Assembly: GCF_006345805.1 (NCBI RefSeq)
Contig: NC_043012.1
Location: forward strand, 1,240,001-1,304,000
Direction: 5' to 3'
From: Octopus sinensis
Taxonomy: Eukaryota
Length of the DNA stretch: 64,000 nt
The notes beneath the pieces were generated by a model. That model saw only the letters and a program-made list of their open reading frames with translations, was not told where the DNA came from and did not search any database. Position numbers and translations under genes: made by a program. Within the stretch, counting starts at the first letter, position 1, and every line of letters begins with the position of its first letter. Shown here piece by piece: positions 24,068 to 36,991 of this stretch.

Positions 24068-25393
24068 ACTAGCATTAAAGACCCGTCGTTGCCGGGTCAT
24101 AGTGCTAGTGCATGTATATATATGTGTATGTATCATCATCATCATCATCATCATCGATTAACATCCGTTTTCCGTGCTAGCACGGGTTGGACGGTTCGAC
24201 CGGGGTCTGGGAAGCTGGGCTGCACCAGGCTCCAGTCTGATCTGGCAGTGTTTCTACAGCTGGATGCCCTTCCTAATGCCAACCACTCCGCGAGTGATGT
24301 GTACATATTACATGTACATCTATATATATATACATCTACACATAAAATACAAAATACAAAGTTATATCTTGATATCGCTAGTGATAACAATACTCAAAAT
24401 ATATAACAGACTGGAATTGTTAGCCCGTCTCTTGTAATTTCGATCAATTGTATCTTGTTCTCCCTTTTGTATAGAAGTGTGGCTACAATCCAACCTACCT
24501 CTACTTCTGGGTGGGGGGGGAGCATTTTAAATTTTTATCCGGGACGTCCTACGTCCCAGATATAAAGGTAAAAATAAAATATTTCCACTTTGCAAGTTCG
24601 AGTCCCTTGCACAATCCGTTGACTCGAACCTTGCGGCGAATTTACCGCCTCTGATTAGATACCTTTCATAGTCGCACCAAGACACTTTTCGAAGGTGCTT
24701 TCCTCCATGTGTTCAAATCTTCTTTTTTCTCTACATTGTATACTTTATAGACAATAGTCTTTTCTTTAATTTAATTTTTTATCATCCATCTGGACTATTT
24801 CATTTCTGCACGCTAATTTTATTTTTAATTTATTCCCATTCATGTGAAACCACTTATTCAAGTTCAAATCCTTGATGCAATTTTATACCAATTGCTATTT
24901 TTACTTTTGTTATGTTACGATTATATTATACTTTAATTTTTATTATTATTTTTATTGTTAAAGTGAAAGTATCTGACATAAAATAGAAAAACGTTTTTGT
25001 TTCACTTTTAACACGTAATACTGAAATAGTGGAGAAGATATGATATTGCCATGGGCTCGCTCTAGGCAAGAAGTTGAATATTTTTTTCCCCATGAAACTC
25101 CCCGGACCCTAAGTAAGGCATGTGTAAAATTTGAATGGAATTGGTTGTGTAGTTCTCAAGTTTTAGGGAATCATAGTGGAGAAGATATGATTTTGCTGTG
25201 GGCTCGCCCTAGGCAAAAAGTTAAAAAAAAGAATTTTTTGTCGATGACACTCCCCGGACCCGAAGTAAGGCATGTGTAAAATTTGAATGAAATTGGTTGT
25301 GTAGTTCTCAAGTTTTAGGGAAACACACAGACAGACAGACAGATAGACAGACAGACAGACGGACACACATTCTCAGTTTTATATATATAAAGA
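24068..25393 (+). mobile_element. Non-autonomous Helitron-like element (Lep1/DINE-1 architecture)
   Basis: 5' tactagc..acccgtcgttgccgggt hairpin; two tandem units of about 145 bp (25029-25322); (CAGA)n near the 3' end; ends ttttatatatataaagat; nested RTE UTR at 24131-24300. Confidence 0.6.
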
Positions 25394-26129
25394 TTTCTTC
25401 GTAGTAGTTTGGTCTGAATAAATAAATCGAACGCCACACATCCTTTTCCAGGTAAGTTTTATCTTAATAATTATGATGCACACTCTTGTATCTCTACTAT
25501 CTCTTCTCTGTCTATCTCTCTCCCTAACTTCATCCTTTCTGGTTTTCTCTCCCATCCTTCCCTATTCTTCTCTCCTCTTCACCGTTCCCTCTCTCTCACT
25601 CTTCCTCCTTGACTCTCTCGTCGCTGACACGCGACGAAAGGGAATCTATCTTTCTGCCCATTTCCTTCCTAAAGACAACACGTGCTTATACCTGTCTCCT
25701 CTCATAAGCTCGTCTTCCTAGCGTTTGTTTTTAATGTCTTGTTCTCACTGTCCTGTTCTTGTTACCACTTTCACCCTCTGCAAAAAGTCCCAAATTTTAT
25801 TTAATTTACTTTGCGGAAAGGACTGTTACAATGAAGTCACGTACTGTCCTTCCCTTCGAAACGCAGAGTAGATGAAACATGGACAACTGATGAAGGGCAA
25901 TATTCTTTATCTTGCATGTCTCGTTTTCTCTTTGTTTTTTCATCTTGCAAAAAAAAAGTTGTTTTCTATGTTTTCGTTTCTCATTGTGTTCAAGGCTTTT
26001 TTGTCCTGTACCCATATATGCATGTATATACACATATAAATGTAGGTATGTACATATATGTATATATGCACATATTTATATATTATTTATTATATGATCG
26101 AACGCCACGCATCCATTTCCAAGTAAGTT

Positions 26130-26165
<36 letters not shown>

Positions 26166-26180
26166 TTATCTATCTATCCA

Positions 26181-26224
<44 letters not shown>

Positions 26225-26234
26225 GATATATATA

Positions 26235-26310
<76 letters not shown>

Positions 26311-26335
26311 GTATATATGTATGTATATATATATA

Positions 26336-26366
<31 letters not shown>

Positions 26367-26497
26367 TATATTATATATATATTATATATATATATATGAT
26401 ATATATATATATGTATATATGTATGTATATATATATATTATATATATATATATATAACACACATATATATATATATATGTATATATATATGTATATA

Positions 26498-26546
<49 letters not shown>

Positions 26547-26570
26547 CATACATATATTATACATATACTT
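26130..26570. repeat. (TATC)n and (TA)n microsatellite
   Basis: Direct reading. Confidence 0.95.
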
Positions 26571-27359
26571 TTCTAAAACTATATGGAGATATGCATACAT
26601 ACAATCATTACCGTAACCATCATCATTATCATCATCCTCCTCCTCATCATCATCATCATCAACATGATTGTAATTTTAGCAGCCACATTCCCATACGTCA
26701 GGTGACAGTTGTTGAGTGAGACAGAGAGAGAGAGAGAGCGAGAGAGAGAGAGAGAGAGAGAATATGTGTATATGTGTGTGTTTTACAGAGAGAGGAGAGA
26801 GAAAGAATAAGACAGAGAGAATGAGAGAGAGAGAGAGAGAGAATATGTGTATATGGGTGTGTTTTACAGAGAGAGAATGAGAGAGAAGGAATAAGACAGA
26901 GAGAATGAGAATGAGAGTGAGGGAGAGAGAGAGAGAAAGAAAGAGAGAGGGAATGGAGGAGGGGAAGAGGTGAGAGAGATTTGGATTTTTCTTTCAATGC
27001 TTGACATAAATACTAAAACAGTGAATACCATACATGTTGTATTACTTGTAATATTTTATATTAAAACTTTATTTATATTGATTTCAGTGGTATTTGTATG
27101 GTGCATGAATAATTGTAATAACACATTATAACATTATATAACATTAAAACATACATACTTCAGTCAGAAACACAAGTTTGTAGGTACCTATGTCAGTAAC
27201 AAGCAGACTTAGATACCAACTCAGCCCTCCCACTTCTGACTTAAATTTTGGAACAAAGCAAGAAATTTTGAGGGAAGGGTTACTGCCCTTCCTAGGTCCA
27301 TTTGTCATTCATTCATTTCAATTTCCATTTTTTTGTTCTGCTTAGTGGTATTTTGTCCA

Positions 27360-27745
27360 TCACTACATTCTGAGTTCAAATTCCACCCAGGTCGATTTTA
27401 CCTTTTATCCTTTCGGGGTTGATAAATTAAATACCCATTTCTTTACTACCCACAAGGGGCTAGACACAGAGAGGACAAACAAGGACAGACAAACGGATTA
27501 AGTCGATTTATCGACCCCAGTACGCAACTGGTACTTAATTTATCGACGCCAAGAGGATAAAAGGCAAAGTTGACCTCGGCGGAATTTGAACTCAGAACGT
27601 AAAGCCAGACGAGATACAGCTAAGCATTTCGCCCGGCATGCTAACGTTTCTGCCAGCTCGTCACCTTATTAAATTAAATACCAGTGAAACTCTTGGGTTG
27701 ATGTAATCAACTTATCCCCTCCTCCAAAATGGCTGCCCTTGTGGC
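27360..27745. mobile_element. Family B copy (minus, 27436-27667) nested in an older family B-type copy (plus)
   Basis: aaattaaatacc is duplicated on both sides of the nested copy. Confidence 0.8.
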
Positions 27746-28540
27746 AAAATTTGAAACCATTATTTTACATCTGTTTTCCATGCTGACCTGCATTGAATGT
27801 GCTATCAAAATACAAGTCAGTTTTTGTTGGGGTTTACTGCCTTCCTTTAATCCTTGAGTCATTCATTTCAATTTCGTTTTTTTTTTTTTGCTTGGTTTTA
27901 ATGGCTGAATGCACTTCCTGTCATCAAACAATTTAAGAAGTGTTTGGTAATGGATATTATTAAAGCACCAGCACAAAAGAGGTTGTCATGTCTTCTACAA
28001 TACAAAAAGGTCCTCTCAGTCCTACATCGCCTCTTCATTTGCCATCCACTTTTCAGAGTATCATCATCATCGTTATCTGGTCGAGCAACTTACCTGGATA
28101 ATTTTGAGGGATAAGTCGATTATATCAATCTCCAGTGTACAACTGCTATTTATTTTATTGACCCAGAAAAGATGAAAGGCAAAGTCAACCACACCAGAAT
28201 TTGAACTCAGAACATGAAAACATACAAAATGCTGCTAAGCATTTTACCTGGTAGTTTTTTTATTCTTTGATCGGTTTCAGTCATTTGTCTGTGGCCATGC
28301 TGGAGTGCTCCCTTAGAGGTTTTTAGTTGAAGAAATCAGCCCAGGACTTATTCTTTGTAAGCTAGTACTTATCTATTGGCTCTTTTGCTGAACGCTAATT
28401 ACGGGGACATACTACACTAGCATTGCAGGGATAACAACATCAGACACACCACTACTACCACCCCATACACACACACACCACACCATACACACACACACCA
28501 CTCTCATATATATATCTATATATATTATATATAAATACGC

Positions 28541-28786
28541 ATATAATTGTTAAGAGGACAACAAACATTAAGGCAAGGCAACACCTCAGTCATATACATT
28601 ATTATTATTATTGAAAAATAAATTCAAAGTCTTACACTGTTTCTGGGATTCTCAAGAAGTATGGGATATCCTAGAAACAGCTGTAAGACTTTGAATTTTT
28701 ACCTTTTTTTCCAAATAATATATAATGTATATGATTTGAGGTGTTTGCCTTGCCTTAACGTTTGTTGTCCTCTTTAATAATTATAT
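28541..28786. repeat. Fold-back element with HHR half motifs at the inner ends of the arms
   Basis: 28541-28643 pairs with 28674-28786; GAAACAGCUGUAAGAC at 28674. Confidence 0.75.
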
Positions 28787-28913
28787 ATCTGCTATATCAG
28801 AAATCTACAACGGTTCCATCTTAGCTATAACATTGGAACCCGAGTAATTCATTACAGCACTTAGCTAATATACCTTGTCGTTTAGATCACCTGTGAACTA
28901 AGTTCCCATATTT

Positions 28914-28956
<43 letters not shown>

Positions 28957-29159
28957 TCAATTAGGGTTAAATTAGCCTCATTAAGGGATCAGATTGGAGC
29001 CTAGTGCAGCCTCATGACTTCCCAGACCCCGGTCGAAGCGTCCAACCCATGCTAGCATGGAAAACATATGTTAAACAATGATGATGGGGATGAGGAGGAT
29101 GAAGATGAGATTTAATATTGACATCTAAGCATTTACATATTGGATTTGCATACTGGAAT

Positions 29160-29599
29160 ACTCTTACTCTTTTACTCTTTTACTTGTTTCAGTCATTTTG
29201 ACTGCGGTCATGCAGGAGCACCGCCTTTAGTCGAGCAAATCAACCCCAGGACTTATTCTTTGTAAGCCCAGTACTTATTCTTCATCGGTCTCTTTTGCTG
29301 ACCGCTAAATGACAATATGGACGTAAATCCACCAGCATTCGTGTGTCAAGCAATGCTAGGGGACAACACACAAACCACACACAACACATATATATTCATA
29401 ATAATATATATATATATATATTATACATATATACGACAGGCTTCTTTCAGTTTCCGTCTACCAAATCCACTCACAAGGGCATTGGTCGGGCCCGGGGCTA
29501 TAGCAGAAGACACTTGCCCAAGATGCCACGCAGTGGGACTGAACCCGGAACCATGTGGTTGGTTAGCAAGCTACTTACCACACAGCCACTCCTGCGCCT
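29160..29599 (-). mobile_element. SINE family A, full length
   Basis: Sequence match to family A. Confidence 0.9.
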
Positions 29600-29969
29600 G
29601 AATACTCATATTTCCTCAACATCATCATCATCATCATCATCATCATCTAACATTTAATGCTAAACTATTTTTCCCTCTCTCTCTCTCTCTCTGGTTGGGT
29701 AACCCTGTACCTCCATCATAGTAAGACGTTTTTTTTCTGTCTCTCTATCACACTCTAACCTTTCATCATCTGACACTTCCGCCAATGCCCCACACTTCTC
29801 AAAGACTCTTTGTCTTGCAAGTTACTTGGCAACTCTGCTATTGTTGGTGCCACTAACCAAGCAGAAATTTTGAAGTCACTGTCAACATTATTATTTCATG
29901 TAAAAGAATATTGTTAATAAATACAAATAAATATAAATAGAAATGAATATAAATATAAATATAAATATA

Positions 29970-30171
29970 TGCTGTGTGTTAAGAAGCTTGCTTACAAACC
30001 ACATGGTTCTGAGTTCAGTCCCACTGTGTGACACCTTGGGCAAATGTCTTCTGCTATAGCCTTGGCCTGACCAGAAACTTGTGAGTGGATTTGTTAGATG
30101 GAAACTGAAAGAAGCTTGTTGTATATTTGTATATGTATATATGTATGTATATATATATATATGTATATACG

Positions 30172-30207
<36 letters not shown>

Positions 30208-30432
30208 CACACAGATGTATGTATTTTTGTGTCTGTGTTTGTCCCCACAACATCGCTTAACAACTGATGCTGGTGTGTTTACATCCCCATAACTTAGTGG
30301 TTCAGCAAAAGTGCCTAATAAAATAAGTAGTAGGCTTACAAAGAATAAGTCCTGGGGTCGATGTGTTCAACTAAAGGCAGTGCCCCAGCACAGCCACAGT
30401 CAAATGACTGAAACAGGTAAAAGAATTAAAGA
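29970..30432 (+). mobile_element. SINE family A, full length
   Basis: Sequence match to family A. Confidence 0.9.
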
Positions 30433-30471
<39 letters not shown>

Positions 30472-30488
30472 TTTGTGTGTGCATATAA

Positions 30489-30524
<36 letters not shown>

Positions 30525-31099
30525 ATATATATAAATATACATCTCTGTGCGTGTGTGTACATATTTAGAAATTGCAGAGATAGAGAGATAGAAAGTCCTA
30601 AAGAGATGGAGAGAAAATGGTATTTAAAAGATGCTTGTGAAACGGAATAACAAAGAAATCAAACCACCAAAATCATAAGACCAATTTTGCAGAGAACAGT
30701 CCTGTTTGAAAAATCAATAATATAGGAAGTATTGAACATAGATATTACATAGATGATACCACAATACAACTATCCCACTAGAATTTCTCACCTGCTAATA
30801 ATTTGGAAATAGCTATGGACTCCATGAACCAACAAGAGAATTTCTATATGGTTACGCAAATTAAAAATGCTGGACATAGCTGCCACGTCTAACTCAAATT
30901 ACACACAAATATCATCTTAGAAAGAAGGAGTCTTTTTGGTAAAGTAGTTGGGAAATAAAAATGTGTAAGATCATAGAGACATGTGGTTAGAATGATGCAA
31001 GAAGGGATTGCGAGTGAGAGTCTTTGAGTCGAACACACTGCCAGGAAATCTAGTGCCTGTGTAATGACCGAAAGCATATGATTATGAGCATAAGTTCAT

Positions 31100-31495
31100 A
31101 GACGCAGGTATGGCTGTGTGGTAAGAAGCTTGCTTTCCCAACCACATGGTTCCGGGTTCAGTCCCACTGTGTGGTACCTTGGGTAAGTATCTTCTACTAT
31201 AGCCTCGTGAGTGAATTTGGTAGACAGAAATTGAAAGAAGTCCAAAGCGGTGAGCTGGCAGAAATTTTAGGACACCGGGCGAAATGCTTAGTGGTATTTT
31301 GTCTTCTGATACGTTCTGGGTTCAAATTCTGCCAAGGTTGACTTTGCCTTTCATCCTTTCGGGGTCGATTAAATAAGTACCAGTTATACACTGGGGTTGA
31401 TATAATCGACTTAATCTGTTCGTCTGTCCTTGTTTGTCCCCTCTGTGTGTAGCCCCTTGTGGGCTGTAAAGAAATAAGAAACTGAAAGAAGCCTC

Positions 31496-31497
<2 letters not shown>
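31100..31497 (+). mobile_element. SINE family A 5' half with a nested family B copy (31245-31477)
   Basis: Sequence match; gaaa(c/t)tgaaagaag flanks the insert on both sides. Confidence 0.8.
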
Positions 31498-31538
<41 letters not shown>

Positions 31539-31540
<2 letters not shown>

Positions 31541-31953
31541 CGCGGGAGTGGCTGTTGGTAAGTAGCTTCCTTACCAACCACATGGTTCCGGGTTCAGTCC
31601 CACGCGTGGCATCTTGGGAAGTGTCTTCTGCTATAGCCCCGGGCCGACCAAAGCCTTGTGAGTGGATTTGGTAGACGGAAACTGAAAGAAGCATGTCGTG
31701 TATATATACATATATATGTGTGTATGTTTGTGTGTCCGTGTTTGTCCCCCTAGCATTGCTTGACAACCGATGCTGGTGTGTTTATGTCCCCGTTACTTAG
31801 CGGTTCGGCAAAAGAGACCGATAGAATAAGTACTGGGCTTACAAAAGAATAAGTCCCGGGGTTGAGTTGCTCGATTAAAAAAAAAAAGGCGGTGCTCCAG
31901 CATGGCCGCAGTCAAATGACTGAAACGAGTAAAAGAGTAAAAGAGTAAAGAGT
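31539..31953 (+). mobile_element. SINE family A, full length
   Basis: Sequence match to family A. Confidence 0.9.
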
Positions 31954-32080
31954 ATATATATATATATAAATAACAGAAAAGCAGAATTTCGCTTATCCCC
32001 ATGTGGTGAGTTTTAATATATATAAGAAATTAAAAAAGGAAAATACGCACACTTTACATAGTTTCAATATAATTTTTAAT

Positions 32081-32115
32081 ATATCGACCAGTTTCGCTTT
32101 CGCTATTCATGATAT
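32081..32115 (-). ncRNA. Very small HHR-like motif with a decayed core
   Basis: AUAUC AUGAAUA GC GAAA GC GAAA CUG GUC GAUAU. Confidence 0.4.
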
Positions 32116-32467
32116 TATGGTTTACTTATTTGTCCATGTTGTGCGTGATGATATTTATGAGTGAATGACTTCACAAGTAGAAAAATATGGGGAGGTAATT
32201 GGTTATTGTTATTATTGTTGTTGTTATGGGCAAGGGAGAGAACTGTTCAGCTTTCGGTAAGGGGAGGGGAATATATACGTACATACAAAAAAAAGGCTCT
32301 TGCAAACTTGTTTAGCGAGGGCATATGGCGCAGTGGTTAAGAGCACAGGGTACTAATTCTGTAATATTTTGTATTCCTTTCTTGGTCCGTTTATGTTATT
32401 TGCCACTTAATGCGAAAATATGCATCACTTCCATTCTGCAGCATGATGCTTAAATGTCCGATAAAAT

Positions 32468-33150
32468 AATTCCAGGAAGACCATAGCTTTTTGAGGAACT
32501 TGGTAGACAGGAAGTACTGGTGCCATATAAAAAGCACCCAGTCCACTCTGTGAAGAAAGGGCATCCAGCTGAAGAAACCATGTCAAGGCATCTCATTGGA
32601 ACCTGGTGCACCCCTCTGGCTTGCCAACTCCTGTCAAACTGTCCGGCCCCAACCAGTATGGAAAACGGATTAATGTCTTTCCTTGCTGAGTGATGCAGGG
32701 TCATAGGGCCGGTTTCCAAGGTTCTCTGGCATATACATTGCCCTCTGGATGGTACACCACTACATTGCAGGATTTCTCTGTAACGGGCCTCATTGGGGCA
32801 AAGTAGATGAGTTCCTTTGGAGCATTGGGTCAAACAGAGGCAATGACCGAGGCTTTTGGCATTATGTCGTGCTTGAGATGAAGACCCATCAAGCCGAGTA
32901 AAATCCCAGTTGTGGAAGATACCGGTGTCATGCAAATGGCACCTGTGCCAATGGCACATAAAAGCATTCTGGTGTCATGCAAATGGTACCCATGCCAGTT
33001 GCACGTAAAAGCACCCATCACACTGTAATAGAGTGGTTGGTGTTAGGAAGGGCATCTAGCCATATAAAACCATGCCCTTCAGCTCACCAGCCCTGGTTGA
33101 ACCATCCAACCCCTGCCAGCGTGGACGACTGACGTTAAATGATGATGATA
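32468..33150 (+). mobile_element. Composite of RTE 3' fragments and a family E tail fragment
   Basis: aaaagcaccc..gaagggcatccagc..ccaacc twice; family E tail at about 32700-32790. Confidence 0.65.
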
Positions 33151-33827
33151 GATAATGTTACCAGCTGAGTGAAATGGAGCAAAGTGATATGAAGCGTTCC
33201 GCTCAAGAACACAACATATCACCCAGCCCAGAATTGAAACCACAATCTTACGATGATGAATTTAACACCCCTAACCACTAACCCACACACCTCCACATGG
33301 AAAAAACCGATGGCAAATGATGATAATGATGATGAAATCAATATTTTGTGTGAAAGAATGACTTTCCTAAATACAGTAACAAACCAAATTATAGGGCCTT
33401 TTTTAATCTCATTTTCCCATTAAATTGCTATATCTGTGTAGTTTGCATAATCTGCAGCAACTTGCAAGTTGCAAAGAGTCTTGGAAATAAATTTGATGAC
33501 CAATAAAATCCTTAGTGCAAGATTTCAAATTATGTCCTAAATTACCGGTGTGTTATAGATGACATTGAAATATTGTTTCAATTATATTCGTCAAGTCCAA
33601 ATTCTCTTCCTCTAATTAAGTCATTAATAAATAAATAGTAATAATTAATTAATAACATCACTGAATTTTAATTTACTATTTGTGGTATGAATCCACTATG
33701 GGGCTTGAAAATCAAAGGAAGAAAAAATTTCAAAGAACATCACTCTAGAAAACACACACATACACACACACACATACACACACACATACACACACACACA
33801 CAAATAAAAAATTAATAAATAGATGAT

Positions 33828-34225
33828 GGCACAGGAGTGGCTGTGTGGTAAGTAGCTTGCTTACCAACCACATGGTTCCGAGTTCAGTTCCACTGCGTGG
33901 CACCTTGGGCAAGTGTCTTCTACTATAAACTCGGGCTGACCAAAGCCTTGTGAGTGGATTTGGTAGACGGAAACTGAAAGAAGCCTGCCGTTTGTATGTA
34001 TATGTGTGTGTGTGTGTGTATGTGTGTGTATTTGTCCCCCCAACATCACTTGACAACCGATGCTGGTGTGTTTATGTCCCCGTAACTTAGCAGTTCGGTA
34101 AATGAAACCGATAGAATAAGTACTAGGCTTACAAAGAATAAGTCCTGGAGTCAATTTGCTCGAGTAAAGGCGGTGCTCCAGCATGGCCACAGTCAAATGA
34201 CTGAAGCAAGTAAAAGAAAGGAAAA
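33828..34225 (+). mobile_element. SINE family A, full length
   Basis: Sequence match to family A. Confidence 0.9.
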
Positions 34226-34889
34226 GAGAAAAAAAAAGAAGAAAGATGCATATGATGTGGCTGAGGAGATAAGATGTATGTTACCCAATCCCATGGTTTT
34301 GGGTTCAGTTCCACTGCACAGCATCTTGTGCAAGTGTTTTATGCTTTAGCCAGAGAATAACCAGAGCCTTGCAAGTGGAGTTGATAGATAGAAGCAGAAA
34401 GGAGCATATCGCAAACGCACATAAACACACGTGTGTGTGTGTATTTGTGAAAGAGTGTGTGTATGTGTGTGTATGCAAGAGTGTGTGTGTGTGAAAGACC
34501 ACTGGGAGTGAAGAAGCTCTCAGCTTCTGTTGAAGCATGTCTCTAGGAGAAGGTCACTGATATAAATCCAGATATGCAGGGAATGGCATTGGACATTTTG
34601 GGAATCTTTGGTTTGTGCTAGAGATCGTGGCACTCCCACTCCCACTCCCTGAGCCTGCATCTCATACTGTCTCTAGGCATCTTGCTCTGGCTTGTCTCTG
34701 GATAATGTCAGTAAAGTGGAGAGGGTCTATGAGGTATAGTGCAAGCCTTATTGGACCTCGTAAAACTCTGCACAGGCATTGCTGACCTTTGCTCAATATC
34801 TACCTTTTTAATATTTCTGATTTTGGTGATCATTGAATAAACTTCACTGAAAAAAAAAAAATATATATATATATATATATATTTACGAA

Positions 34890-35167
34890 GTCTAGACAGA
34901 TATCTTCAGCTAGCAGGCCTCTGCTACTCTAGACTGATGATGGGCAAGACCCAGAAACATGCATCCCTCTAGATGCGGGCCTAGCTGTTGGGGGTGTTTG
35001 TCTCCCCTTCGTAAATATATAAGGCCGACAGGAAGTGTCGATGCTTCCTAGGGCTAAACAGCGGTGGTGTAATCCCCTACTGTCACGTTAAGTTGACAGT
35101 ATACAACCACTCTATCGCTCCACCACCGTACATATCTCTATGAGAGATTTAGAAATTTAATATTTCT
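34890..35167 (+). mobile_element. Structured element of about 280 bp with an extended type I HHR-like motif (retrozyme- or pLTR-like)
   Basis: UCUAGA CUGAUGA UGGG CAAGA CCCA GAAA CAUGCAU CCC UCUAGA at 34928-34973; downstream hairpins shared with 58568-58830. Confidence 0.6.
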
Positions 35168-35185
35168 GATATATATATACATATA

Positions 35186-35520
35186 GGCGTAGGAGTGGCT
35201 GTGTGGTAAGTAGCTTGCTAACTAACCACCTGGTTGCGGGTTCAGTCCCACTGCGTGGCATCTTGGGCAAGTGTCTTCTGCTATAGCCCCTGGCCGAGCA
35301 ATGCCTTGTGAGTGGATTTGGTAGATGGAAACTGAAAGAAGCCTGTCGTATATATGTATATATATATATGTGTGTGTGTGTGTTTGTGTCTGTCCCCCTA
35401 GCATTGCTTGACAACCGATGCTGGTGTGTTTACGTACCCGTCACTTAGCGGTTCGGCAAAAGAGACCGATAGAATAAGTACTGGGCTTACAAAGAATAAG
35501 TCCCGAATTCGATTTGCTCA
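35186..35520 (+). mobile_element. SINE family A, 3'-truncated
   Basis: Sequence match to family A. Confidence 0.9.
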
Positions 35521-36276
35521 ATTTCATAAACACACCTTTTAATCAATTTCTCAATGTCTTTCTCCTTTAATCTTTATTTCTCTTCCGTTACTTCTTTCCC
35601 TCTTTATCTCTCTGTCTTTCTTTCTTTCTTTTTCCTTCCTTCCTTACACTCTCCGTCATACACACACACACACACACACACCCATGTATTTATGTTTATA
35701 TTTTTCTGTATATCTACCCCATCACTATCTCCCACGCCGTCTCTCTCTCTCTCTCTCTCTCTCCCAGTCCTTACCTTCCTCTCTCTCACCTCTCCGCACC
35801 TCTGTCTCCTCCTCCTCCTCACTTTACCTCTCTCTCTCTCGCCCACTCTTTCTAACATCCTGTTACTTATTCAAAGGAAAAGACAGAGGAGGAAAGGACA
35901 AAAAGACAATGAGAGGGAGTGGGAGTGAGGTGTAGGTGTTTAGACCAGTTATGTGGACATATGAATGAGTGTATATAAGTTACCTGTGGATTAAACGACT
36001 GAAACAGTTCATATATATACACATATATACATACATATATATATATGTGTGTGTGTGTGTACATCTAAGTATACTTAAATACATTAGGATCTCTACCCAG
36101 CTAACGACCTCATGGCTTTTACACTGTACACCTTAAATTCTACCTTGATGTTGTGGTTGTTGTTGTTGTTGCTGGTGGTGAGTAAAACCTGGAATTTTAT
36201 TACATTTCTTCTGGCATTATATTTCAGTGTGTGTGTGTGACTCTCACTCTTGTCTCCTCTTTCACTTTCTCTGGTC

Positions 36277-36343
<67 letters not shown>

Positions 36344-36368
36344 GTGTGTGTGTGCTTATATGTATTGT

Positions 36369-36740
36369 GGCACTCTGTCGGTTATGATGACGAGGGTTCC
36401 AGTTGATCCGATCAACGGAATAGCCTGCTCATGAAATTAACGTCCAAGTGGCTGAGCACTCCACAGAAACATGTATCCTTAATGTTGTTCCCAGGGAGAT
36501 TCAGCGTGACACAGAGTGTGAGAAGGCTGGCCCTTTGAAATGCAAGTACAACAGAAACAGGAAGAAAGAGTGAGAGAAAGTTATGGTGAAAGACTACAGC
36601 AGGGGTCGCCACCAGCCCCTGCATCAGGGAGCTTTAGGTGTTTTCACTCAATAAACACTCACAACGCCTGGTCTGGGAATTGAAACCACAATCCTATGAC
36701 TACGAGTCCATTGCCCTAACCTCTGGGCCATTGCGCTTCC
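36369..36740 (-). mobile_element. SINE family C, full length
   Basis: Reverse complement of 6137-6519. Confidence 0.85.
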
Positions 36741-36759
36741 ATGCTTACATGTATATGTA

Positions 36760-36820
<61 letters not shown>

Positions 36821-36944
36821 ATATACATATCATCATCAGCAGCAGCACCATCATCATCATCATTACCACCGCCATATAACAGCCATTTTCAATGTGGACA
36901 TGTGTTCTATATCTATCTGTCAATCTCTCTCTCTCTCTCTCTCT

Positions 36945-36991
<47 letters not shown>

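Noticed and set aside
25916-26719. Longest ORF (267 aa)
   Set aside because: It runs through a (TA)n/(TATC)n field and is almost entirely Y/I repeats.
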